Below, in pieces: positions 1-10,802 of a DNA stretch of 20,000 bases (position 1 is the stretch's first letter; every line of letters starts with the position of its first letter). A model generated the notes under the pieces. That model had not been told where the DNA came from. It made no database searches and was given only the letters and a program-made list of their open reading frames with translations. The stretch lies in NCBI GenBank assembly GCA_021432655.1, contig MU271446.1, positions 44,397-64,396 of the forward strand, given 5' to 3'. The position numbers and the translations under genes were made by a program. Source of the stretch: Atractiella rhizophila. Its lineage: Eukaryota.

Positions 1-1068
1 GCGATGGTCCACCTCACGGCATTGGCATGAAAGAGACGATGATACACACAATCCTGAGCGCCGGGATCACGACACCATTTGCAAGTGAGTCGAGCGGTCG
101 CCTAGCTCGACGGAAGACGGAGAAGTGTATTCAGAGCAGCTGCACTCAACAATCAGGGCTAGATGCAGATTGGACCAGGTGTCCTCGGCCAGATGGCGAG
201 CTGAGATTTTCTCGACCCGCTTACTACAGACATGCTTGTTCCAAACCCGCTCAGCACATACAACTTTGAGCTTCGACTGCGACGGTCGATGGTTTTCAGG
301 TGGCAATTCGAGCTTCCCGAGGGTAGGCAAGCGCCACACAAACCTCATCTTTCTACGTCGTGATTCGGAATATCTTTCTTGACGTGGAATGGGAGACAAG
401 CTCCACTTTGAAACAAGAAATGTCAACTTTGGGCAAATGGCGTGAGGAACATTGTATTGCCACGGTACAAAGGGAAGAAATGGAAGAGAGAAGGAAGCGG
501 GAGGCTAAAACGCGTCACAGAGTGATTCCTTTCTGCATGTGTGAAGAGTGGCACCACTCGCGCCATCCCACTGATCGCAATCCATCGATTGACGGACACA
601 TGCTTGGAGGAAGGACTGACCCTTTTCTATTCGCTAATCGCCAATCAAATATCCCGACATCCCCATCCATCCCCTCCTTCCCTGTTTCGAATATTATAAT
701 GCATAGCGCAGCTTCTCCACCCCGACCAGTAACACCAACGCCATTGAGAGTGACAAGACTATCCTGACCAAGTCCCGGGAGTGCCCATGAAGCACCTCTT
801 CCAAGGTCTGATGCACGTCGTCGTCTCGTTGTCGGCGAAAAGGCTGCGGGAAGCGGGGCCCCTCATGTTGAGCGTAAGTTTCGGTTTTGAGCAGATATAA
901 AAGGGCAGACGGTGGCATGCGGACCGCTTTTGGCTCTTCGGCCCTTTCTCCAGCCAGCAGCCTCGACCTGCCCACTCATCCAGACAGATTATTTTGGAGT
1001 CGAGATAACGATTCGTGCGCGTAATCTAAGTATATGCTGACAATATTTAATATTTAAGGAAGCAGAAG

Positions 1069-4000
1069 ATGAAGATTTATCCACCTGCGTCAGAGCCTTC
1101 GGTGTCACACCAGGCAGTCGAACCGCCTGGGACGGATCATGCACTCATCGCTGCTGCTGCGAAGAATGGGAACGGGAGTGGGAGCACGGAGGGTAGCACG
1201 AGCGGCGGGAATGGTACTGGAGAGAAGAACGAAAAGGGCGAAACGAAGACGGCGAAGAGGGGCAGCAGGGCATGTGCTGCTTGTAGGAAGGGAAAGAACC
1301 GGTACGTTTTACTTGCTTTCTTTCTCTTCTTTCCGTTTTTCATTCCATTACTTCTTTCATTCCTACGTTCTTGGTTATTTCCCTCTTTCCGATCCTGATT
1401 GCTTTCTTCCCTCTTTTCCACGTTTATTATTCGCGAAATTGTTTGCTTTTGCCGACTGGCCTTTCTCAAACTAATCTCCTTTTCTCGTGCTCATTCCTGT
1501 CTTTGCTTTTCTCCCTCCTGTTGCGATTATAATCATCTGCCTCCCTCGCCTTCTGATGGTGATCATCTTCCGTCATCCTTTCTCTTGCCCCGCCGCGCTT
1601 ATAATCTCCTCACGCAATACCCGACACTGTTGTGTTCTTGTGCTGTTACGGACTTGGCTGATCAAAGTTTGAATGCAGCTGCGAAGGATGGGAGAACCCT
1701 CCGTGAGTGAACCCGCCATTGGATGCGTAGCAAAAGCTCATGATTGTCACACTGCTTCCGATATAAAGCTGCAAGCGTTGCCGCACCACTTCCACCACCT
1801 GTTACTTCGAGAAGCCAGCCAAAGAACCGTCCTCGTTCGACGTCGCTTCACTCGAACGCATCTCCTCACTCGAGAACCAGATGACTCGCATGTCCTCCTC
1901 CCTCTCCGAACTCATCTCCATCTTCCGTCCTTCCCCTCCTCACCTTTCCAACCCCCAGCAACATCAACAGCAGCCACACCATCCGCAACAGCAACAACCT
2001 CAGATGTTACCCCAGCCTCCACCAGAAATGGCCTCGTACGAACCTTACGCCCCTTTCCCCCTCCCCTCCGTACGCAACTCCCTCCCTCCATACGCCGAGG
2101 ATCGCAGCCGTCTCTCCGGCGGGGTCAACGTGAACGGATTAGGCATCGGAGGGATGGGACTAGGATTGGGGATCGGGGTCCCTCAACAACACGCCCATCC
2201 TCATGGTCACAGTCACGGTGGACACCCTCAATGGTCTCCAGTGCCAGTGACGTCTGTTCCACTCCCTTCCCTCCCTGGCTCTTCCTCCCTTCCTCCGCTC
2301 CCTCTTCCAGTCCAAAACTCTGTCCCGACCTCCATTCCTCCTTCTGCCTCCTATGCCATCCTACCACCTCCCAACAGCTCCGCCGTCCCGCAAGCGGCGA
2401 GCATACCCCCTCCCGCTCCTCCTTCTTCCTCCGGCGGTACAAGGAAGGGCAGGAAGAGGAGTGCCTCTCAGACTGGCAGCGGGAACGGGCAGCCTGCGGC
2501 GCCACAAAAGAGGGCGAGGATAGCGGGAGAGGAGGATGGAGTGGCAGAGCCGACGGATGCAGCGGAGGGGAATAGGTTTCCTCGGTTGCCCAAGTATGCG
2601 AGTCCTAATCATGGTGCGTGGCCTTATTCTCGTTCCCCACCTGGAAGAAGGGGAAGTAGGTACTGATTTGGGGATGACTATGCATAGCTTTGGCTCACTA
2701 CGGATTGACCGCTCCTCCATCCCCCACCCTCTCGTGAGTCTCCCTCGTCCTAACTATTTCCCACAAGAAAGAGGCTGAAAGGCACTCAGTGACTCAGATC
2801 TACCCTCTTCCACGCTCACCGCTCCATTCGAAGCGCTAGCCACAGCGGCTGCAACTGCAGCCGAAGCCGAGGAGGTAGCATCAGCAGAATGCTCTCCAAC
2901 AGACGCGCGAGATCGAAGGGAGAGGAGGAAGGGAAAGGAGGGTGGGACGAAGGAGGGTGGAGGGAGTAGGACGAGGAGGACGGGGAGGAGGAGGGTCCCT
3001 CCGCCCCCGAATGCGTTTCCGGACGTCGTGCAGAAAGGAATGGTGGCTGAGGCGGAAGCGAGGGAATTGTTCGAGTTGTGAGTGTCTCCCAATCTGCCAT
3101 TCTTCCTTTCTCGGCTCGCATCGGCGACGGTCTTCCTCTACGCGTCTAGTAGTGATGGCTGATGTAATGCTGGAACAGCTATATGGCTTATTGCCATGCT
3201 TTCATTCCCCTCCTCGATCCTACCTACGACACCTATGCCGAATTCAAGGGACGCACCCAGTTCTGTTTCGACGCAGTCCTTAGCGTCGCCGCCAGGGTTA
3301 AATACACGCAAGGGAGTGCGTGCCACCTTCTATCCAGCGTTTATAAGAGGGAGAGAGAACTGATGGATGGAACAGCTACGAGCTTAGAAGTCCTCAGGGC
3401 GACGAGCGAAGAGGCACATGGCATAGCGAGGAGCACACTCTTTGCAGCCACCGTCAGGATCGAGGCTGTACAGGCTGGTTTGTCGTCCTTTCTACTACCG
3501 GTGGAGGAAGAAATTTGCTGATTGTTTATATGGCTGCATGTAGTCACCATCCTCGCTGCGTGGAGTGACAAGGGATACCTTGCTAGTGGACTCGCCTCTA
3601 GGATGGCCCTCGAGATGGTTCGTTTCTTCGGCTCCATATATTCATTCATGATATCGACGTTTTGTGAATTCAGGGCTTGAATCGGGCTCTTGAGAAGCTG
3701 GAAGACGGATCGAAAGAGCGTACGGAGGCAGAAGGACGAGATCTAGTCGTCAGCGCGAGGACTTGGTTGAGTGTTTACTACCTCGACTACGTGTTCGTAC
3801 CCTCGCCTTCTTCAATGTTAGGACGATCTAAATGATGACGGGTGCACTCCAGCATGTCTGTAGGAAATGGTCGCCCAGTCCTTCTCTCCCCCACCCACAT
3901 TCCGACCCGTGCCTTCCTTAGCTCTCCGTATGCGACAAAGACAGACATCAAGCTCGTGGCCGATATCGAGCTCTTGTCTCACAAGAGTAGGATAGGCGAG

Positions 4001-5051
4001 TCGATCGCGAGCTTTGGAGGGGCGGTGGATGAAAGGACACTCGGGTTTGTGAGGAGGGCTAGGGGAGATTTGGAGGGCTGGTTCGCGAGTTGGGATGGAG
4101 AGCTTTGTTCGTCTTTTCCTCCTTCACCATTCTCTGAGAACTAGACTCATACTTATGTTCGCTTAGCGAAACACTTTGCGGACGACAGCTTTGAGAGATT
4201 GAGCTTGAAGTTTAATTTACATCAGGCTATCATCTACCTTTGCTGTACTGGTCCGTCGAGTTTCTTTTCTACCCAGTTAAGTCGGTGTTAAGTTGGAAAT
4301 TGGTACAGCATTGCAAGGAAGAGGGACTTCAATTGATTCTCCACATCCCATCGAAGTCCGAGAACTCGCCCTTGAAGCAAGACTGTCCGCCCTCCAATCC
4401 CTTCACATCCTCCTCCACACTCCCTACCGTTCCTTCCTCAAGTACGGCACGCACAACACATTCGTGGAAAGTGCCTTCTCCGCCCTCTTTCTTCTCAAGA
4501 TGTCCAAGCTCTTCCCAGATGGTACCGACGTGGACCTCGCGCGAGAAGTGCGAGAGGTGGACTTGTTGGCCGAGGAACTGAAAGCTTGTCCTGGTGCTCA
4601 GCGGTTCGCTTGGACGCTCAAGATCGCCACAAGGAGGTGGAAGGAGGAGATGAACCTTGCCTCCTCTTCCTTCCTCATCAACGATCCGTCACCTCTGCCC
4701 CCTCCCACAACTTCTCAATATCAAGCGATCGACTGGCAGCAGCATCAACAGCAACAAGGACAACAACAGGGGCAAGCTGCTGAAAGTCCAACCGACAGTT
4801 TAGAGATCTACAACCTGCTCTCATCCATCCTTGGACAAGACAACGGGGCGACCTCCGCCAACGGAACTAACTCGAACGGAATATACAATCCCACGCAGAT
4901 GCAATCTCTACCTGGATGGATGACACAGCAGGACACGGCTTTCGATTTCGGAGATCTCGCGTTCCCGGCGATGGGACTCGATAGCATGTTCCTCCCCAGT
5001 TGGTTCGGGGCCCAATGGGTGGCAGGAGAGGAAGAAGGTCAGGCTTGGTAG
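1069..5051 (+). CDS. Zn2Cys6 (GAL4-type) fungal transcription factor with middle homology region, priB-like; 12 exons, ~982 aa
   Basis: Spliced cluster CAACRKGKNRCEGWENPPCKRCRTTSTTC fits C-x2-C-x6-C-x7-C-x2-C-x6-C. Exons deduced from GT..AG sites: 1069-1301, 1679-1702, 1769-2613, 2688-2733, 2790-3077, 3179-3315, 3376-3477, 3544-3617, 3674-3792, 3853-4106, 4167-4250, 4309-5051. They total 2949 nt and keep one frame. Middle-region motifs FIPLLDPTYDT, EAVQAVTILAAWSDKG and RTWLSVYYLDYVMSVGNGRP recall basidiomycete PriB-type factors. Confidence 0.93.
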
Positions 5052-5981
5052 CTTCGGCGTCATCTGGTTAGCTTCGTATACTCTTCTTGGATTTGAACGT
5101 TTCGCGTTCGTGGAATGATTCGACGCTTCTTTCTTTGGTATCATTGGTGCTTGATTTGGGTCAAAATGTAAATTACATGCTGATACCATTGTCTGAGCCT
5201 TGAAAGGGGGTTCAGGTTATCCCATACCACAAAAGCTAATGTTGCCCAATGGCGATGATGGGTCTGGGACAATGCCTGGGTCACGTGGCACGAAAGCTTT
5301 TTCCCTTTGTTCCTTGACCAACCCTCTATATAAACCCATACCAGTGAAAACCACCTTTGTTAGTGGAGGGCCCAGTTTCCAGATCATCTAAGGCAGATCA
5401 TTATCCTCCAAGGTAAGCCCAAACTCAGTATCTTAGCTCAGGTTGAGCTTTACTCTTGGTGTGTAGTCTCCTTGCATGGGGTGGCGTCCTCGACTCCAAC
5501 AAGTTTCTCGCCTTTCGGCGCTCATTATTTCTGCAGGTTGCTTGTGTCCATCCGTTCTTTTGACACATCCTAGCAGTGCCTCAGCTTACAAGTTGTGCTA
5601 TTCAGAGCCGTTGTTGATATCGTCCGACCTTCAAAGTGGAAATGGCAGTCAATACGGCAATTGTAGTGTAAGCATGAGGACAAATGAATAGCGTCCAAGA
5701 GCTAGGCGTGCGATTCCAATCCACCTTATCGCAGGACCCTCTTTTCCTGTCAATGATAATGTTACTAGCCTCTTCGTGCTGTCGTCAAGCACATGGGCAT
5801 AACAAGCCTCCTAAATAATCATCCCGCCTGCTTTCATTTCCTGCTGGTGCCTTGTTACCTTGGTGAGATTGTGAACCCCTTTGCCCCAAGTTTATTTTGC
5901 AAATAATTGTACTCACTGTGGCTAATCGAAGTAGGACCACTGGCCAAACGACTATTGTTCGAGTTTGCGGCTACCGTTAGA

Positions 5982-6736
5982 ATGAATCGCATTCGCGTCA
6001 GCTCTTTCATGATGTTGGAGGGTCAGCCTAATCACCGCTATAGGCAGAGTATCAGCGATTACTTTATGTCATTAGATACTCCAAGCATTTCGCTCTATCC
6101 ACTTATATCCGCCTCAAGCACACGTATAAGAACGAGAAGCACTGTTTCTGGGAACAACTCTGGTATCTGTTCTGGCCGATGCCCTGGTTCCATTCGATCC
6201 CTGCCCCTTATCCTCCTCTACAACTGCATGAAGAGGGAATCAAACTGATAGAACCCCGAATTCTGATGATTGAACGGTCGCGACACATCCCACTTTGGAA
6301 AGTTCGAGATACGCCTCTCGCTGCACTTTATAGACTCTACGAATATTCTTGCAGCCATGCTATTTGCTTCGTCCACGAGGTAACTTATATCTGGTATCGC
6401 TCCGATGGGCCAACCTACGATTTTCCGGATCCAAAAGATCCCGACCCTGTGCGATATGCTATTCTAGCCTGCTTGGTCGAGTCTATGGTTTACGCCTTCA
6501 ACTGGAGAATTGAAGAGCATGGATTCCGACGCGACAAACATGAAATTCTGTATCTTGGCCGAAATCCGCTTCCCCTGACTTTGGAGCGCGTACCTGAATG
6601 GTGCGGGAAAGTGCCACCATCTCCTATTGAGGTCGACATCCACAGGGAACCAAGTTCCGAAACGCGGAGAGGAGCCAAGATGCTGCAGAGGAAGAATATA
6701 ATTCACGAAGGATTTGCAGCGATGTTCTTTGTTTAA
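5982..6736 (+). CDS. Hypothetical protein (~235 aa), putative partner/antitoxin of the adjacent nucleotidyltransferase
   Basis: ATG at 5982, a 47-nt intron 5997-6043 (GTCAGC donor, CTAAT branch, TAG acceptor), then an open frame 6044-6736. Motif-like segments: LWYLFWPMPW, RDTPLAALYRLYE, PDPKDPDPVRYAILACLVESMVYAFNWR, VPEWCGKVPP, RKNII. The CDS is well supported; the function is inferred. Confidence 0.8.
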
Positions 6737-6792
6737 CATAGAATGAGATTGCGTATTACAAGCCGAAGGACATGAGGAACATTCTGCCGACT

Positions 6793-7505
6793 TCACAATA
6801 TGATTGTCCTCTTTTGATTCTCGTTGATGTATCCAATAGCCTTAGGCCAATGCTTTGAACTACGCCTGAGAAAGGGCCATCTCTCTAATATTTTGCCTTG
6901 GGAAGTCGTCTCCCCACTCTGTCGCGTCAGAAGGTCAGAAATTGCGATCGCGTCAGCAATGTCTTCTGCGCGAGGGGGACCAGCTACGCCTAGGTCGTCT
7001 AGATGAACATTGTTGCCGATCCGTCCCAGCTTCATCCCCAGTTGGAGGTGCCAATCGGTAGCAAAAATCTTGAGAACTTCACTTTCATAAACCACCAGCC
7101 GCTGGCGATAGCGGCACGTAGAACCTCATCGTTGAGAGTACCACCAATAAATGTGTTTACGTCGTTGTTGAGCCAGTCATCAGGAATGTTAAAAACCTTG
7201 CCGATAGCTTCGATGTGTAATTGCATAGCGCCTTGTACACTGGTTGGAAGGTCAAAAATGGCATCAATGTCCTTCGTGTTGGAGCGATTTTCAAGGTGCT
7301 TCATGGCGACGTAACCACCAAAAGCAACAGCTTGAATAGGAAATTTCACATTCAGGAATTCCGTACCGTTGAGCACTCTTGCAGATAGTTCGTCGAGAGC
7401 TAAGCAGAAGCGAACAAGCAAGTTAGAGAGAATTGTCTTGTCCCCACATGGACAATATGCACCTACCTCGGTCGGCAAGCTCAAGATCTAGAAAACCGTA
7501 CCCAT
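6793..7505 (-). pseudogene. Pol-beta-superfamily nucleotidyltransferase (AbiEii/MenT/DUF6036-like), ~215 aa when restored; two -1 frameshifts (pseudogene or assembly error)
   Basis: Motifs LDLELADRALDELS, AFGGYVAMKHLENRSNTKDIDAIF (GG at 7319, DxD at 7271-7263), DWLNND, IFATDWHLQLGMKLGR and RAEDIADA. A 67-nt intron spans 7466-7400 (GTAGGT, CTAAC, TTAG). Adding one G after the ATG at 7505 and one C at ~7105 gives a single 216-codon frame. Confidence 0.8.
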
Positions 7506-7569
7506 TTAGATTTCTAGTTGCGCTTAATAGACGTGTGGTGCTTTGTACCAGCTGGCTCTCAATCAAACA

Positions 7570-7577
7570 TTTATATA
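7570..7577 (-). promoter_or_regulatory. Putative TATA box of the nucleotidyltransferase gene
   Basis: TATATAAA on the minus strand, about 65 nt upstream of the ATG at 7505. Confidence 0.35.
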
Positions 7578-9534
7578 CGAGCAGCTGTCCTTGTACCAAA
7601 GCAGAACAAATGTAACAAGATAAGGAAAGGGTTTTCTCTTGTGAAGGAATGTGGCTTATCTTGTTCTTTACGCGTTTACTCCATCTCTTCCTTTCATACG
7701 TAGCAGCCCTTTGTACTCTGTAACCCCCCTCCCAGTGGCTCAGCAATAGGGTGTATGTCCCTCCTCAACTATCTGCTCTTTTGAGCTGTATCGGCTAGGA
7801 GAGTCTTCACGGCTCTTATACTCGAAAACCTAACTTGAACAAGTAAGAAGCGATGATTGTCAACAACTCCTTTGAACTTGCCTTCCAAAGTTAGTCTGTC
7901 ATGCCACTTCCCCAGCGATAGGAGTGGTGGAAGACAATCCTTTTGATCGATTCAAGTCGAGATTAGTGCATGTAGACCACTTCACTTTGCCTTCTTTTTC
8001 ATCCAGTATCAACATGGTACCCTTTAACATCTTCATTTTCGAAAACAGATAAACAGATAATGAACATTATGTCAGATAACTTCGCGGAGAAGGTGACCAA
8101 CTTCCATTCCATCCACTGCAGAAGGACGTGACCTACGTGGTGTGGCACCAGTGCCTTCGTGATTCGCCAACCGAAACCGAAGGTCGGTGGCAGAAGTAGG
8201 TGATTTGTTTCTCTTTCTTAAAACACCGATATTGGTGCGCATATCAGAAATTGTGGTGTCTCAATCGATCTTTTGACTTGATTATTGATATATCAACAGC
8301 AACAGTGGCACCCGGGTGCGTTTTATCTGCAAGCTGTAACCTCGTACTGCACCAGTTTCCATCTTCAGGGTTAGTGGGGTACTATCGTTTGTTCATGAAC
8401 ATTCCCTTTGACACCACTACTCATTCCATTTCATTTTTGAGCTAGCCTTCTGCTTGCTGCACATGCTAAAGTATCGAAATCCTCTGCGTCCATGAGTCAG
8501 CCCATCGACCGATGAGCCAACTTCTCAAACTTTTACGATGTGTTATATCATCCTTCAGGACTCTGCCTAGACGAGGACTCGGAGCTCTACACTTTGGATA
8601 TTTTGCTGGAACACTTTTCCTGTCCTTCTCTTTGAGAACTGATAAGAGAGGAGAGCTTACCATATTTGCATTGCACTACTGTATTTGCACCACGTGTGGG
8701 ACAGTACCCACCAATGGGACAGATTGAAAATCCATCTCTAACTTAGACAACCGACTTCCAATTTCCTTCAAACTTTGCAATAACATTCTCATCAATCTTG
8801 TCTACACTTGTACCAAGCATCTAAGCTGTTGCAGCTCTTTTGAAGCAGTAGGAAGGGTAAACGTGAAGAGCGGTTCTGTGAGGGACAATTTTCTGTGTAA
8901 AGTCCGACAGAACAAAGTTTGGCTGTCGGAGTTTGCCCCACCCCTGCCAAATCCCGCCTTTTACGTACTCCGTCAACTTGTCCCATTGGTGGGCCAAAGA
9001 GGTATCCTCTTTGGAGGTGAATATTTATAAGAGTATTGATCTTATTCACTCCTTTCCACGCAAAAATCAAAGATAAGATACATGTGTTTCGGCATGTCCC
9101 TGCTTGAATGAAGAGAGCTGCTTCTCTCTGCCAAATTCAGAGTTGAAAAAAGGGTGTCAAGTTTTGTCCCATTAGTGGTGCGAATATAGTAGTACCTCCA
9201 CCGAGTTTCATACGCCTCACCCTGCATCATTTTGTACCCACAGGTGACCTAAAGATGCTGAAGACTTAGTGAGAAATGTACTTTCTACCACCTTGCACTA
9301 ACAATCCCCAATCAATTATTAGTGAGTGCAAATGGTATAAACGAATATGTGATTGGGGAAAAAGAAAAGGAAAGAAAACACATCAAATACTTATAAGTCC
9401 GGACTAGCGGTGAAGTGCACATGTTTGGCACGGCATTCGGAACGCAATGCAAATAGAACAAACAAGTGACATCCACGGATCTCCAACAGACTTCACGCTC
9501 CTCAATTATGAGCCTCCAAGATGTATGTACAAGC

Positions 9535-9556
9535 TGTGATTGTGATTGTGATTGTG
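9535..9556. repeat. Short hexanucleotide microsatellite (TGTGAT)3+
   Basis: tgtgat tgtgat tgtgat tgtg read directly from the sequence. Confidence 0.85.
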
Positions 9557-9631
9557 TTGGAGCGAAGGGTAGGATACATCGAACGATGAGGAGAGAGCAG
9601 GGAGAGAGAGATTGGGGGAGACAAATGGGTT

Positions 9632-9703
9632 AGAAAGCGAACGAGCTGTAGAGCAGCCGAAAGCGCCATCTACAACTATAACAGTAGGCGGAAAGAGGTC
9701 CAT
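9632..9703 (-). pseudogene. Possible degenerate 5' fragment of an FAD-dependent oxidoreductase (DAO/sarcosine-oxidase type)
   Basis: MDLFPPTVIVVDGAFGCSTARSLS resembles the Rossmann motif VIVGAGAFGCSTA with the first Gly lost. No downstream exons were recognised. Confidence 0.3.
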
Positions 9704-10802
9704 GGAAAGTGAGCGTGGGAAGCAATGGTCATTTATCGCCGCGGGAAGTCGCTCCGAATCTTATTTTACTGTTGAAGGTTTTGATGCTTCCGGGATCGGA
9801 ACGGGACGGACCGGCACGAATTAAAATTTTTTTGTCCCATTAAGCAGCCGGCCATCAACGATGCATCAACCCACCCCAATTCACACGAGAGGTGCTGCAG
9901 GAGAAGGAGGCAGTGGTAATTTGAGTGTAACGTCGGGACAGGTGAAGGTGGTGAACATACCGAGGCAGCAAGGTGCGTGGCCACGTCAGGAAGAATCGGA
10001 TGATTCACTACATTATGTTCAAGCTACTGTCTGAGAGATAGGAGCTTTCTTCTTTCTGCAATTCTGACGTGTTGCCCTGCTGTTCAACGATATACCGACT
10101 TGTACTTCGGATAGGTTAATTAGGTTATTTCTGTTGAAGTCTACGTTTATTTACTAAGGTTGAACTTGGCTTTGTTTTTTCGTGGCGCATGAGTCAATGA
10201 TGTACGCTTCAGCCTTCAACGATCTTCAACCTCAGCGCTCGCAACACCTTGTTTCAAACGAGGAAGGGGCTTTGCGAGAACTGGCGGAGTCGAATGTGAG
10301 CAAGTTGCGTGGTGTGAGAGGTCATAGGTCAGGGACATAAGTCCAACTTTGATGTGACGTCCGTGGCCGCTGTACAAGAGCATGATACAACAACGATCTT
10401 TCGTGTAATCTACATATCACAAATCAGGCAGAAAGCGTCCATTATCGCCTTGCAGAACAAGAAGAGCCAGAGAAACCGCACATCCTTAAGGAAGGAGAAT
10501 GGAGCGGAGAAAGCTCATCTGAGAAGAACCATGAGGTCCTTCAAACATAGACAGATTCGAAAGAGCCAGGGTCCCTTGCGAGGGACCTATGAGCTTGAGA
10601 AGGAGAAGGGGGATGACATTGGTAGGTGTGCCCAAAGCAGCCTGTAGCCACATGTCCACTTCAATGCCAGCAGAAGTCGATGAGAATGGAGAGGAAGAAA
10701 GTTGTCCAAAAGGACGAATAAGCTTCTAGCTCACAACCCAGCAGCGACGCGTGAAATCATCCGTCGAGGTGACTTCAGAGATTAGAGCCGATTCGTAACG
10801 AG

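Noticed and set aside
1..382. Possible 3' end of an upstream plus-strand gene (GTGAGT donor at 85, TTCAG acceptor at 134)
   Set aside because: Two frames are equally possible and neither gives a recognisable protein, so it cannot be supported from this window.
1673..2575. 300-aa ORF and other overlapping ORFs within the transcription factor gene
   Set aside because: These are alternative-frame or antisense shadows of low-complexity Pro/Ser/Gly-rich exons.
1069..5051. The transcription factor as the rhamnose regulator RhaR/TRC1 clustered with LRA1
   Set aside because: It is about 9 kb away with unrelated genes in between, its motifs look priB-like, and the LRA1 block appears to be a recent arrival.
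5160..5900. Short ORFs between the transcription factor and the partner gene
   Set aside because: No recognisable motif or consistent splice structure was found in the frames examined.
7488..7501. A 14-nt GT..AG segment whose removal would give MDLELADRAL in frame
   Set aside because: It is far below known fungal intron sizes and has no room for a branch point; a one-base deletion is simpler.
7850..8200. Possible small multi-exon plus-strand gene
   Set aside because: Splice-like sites are present, but no continuous reading frame could be assembled.
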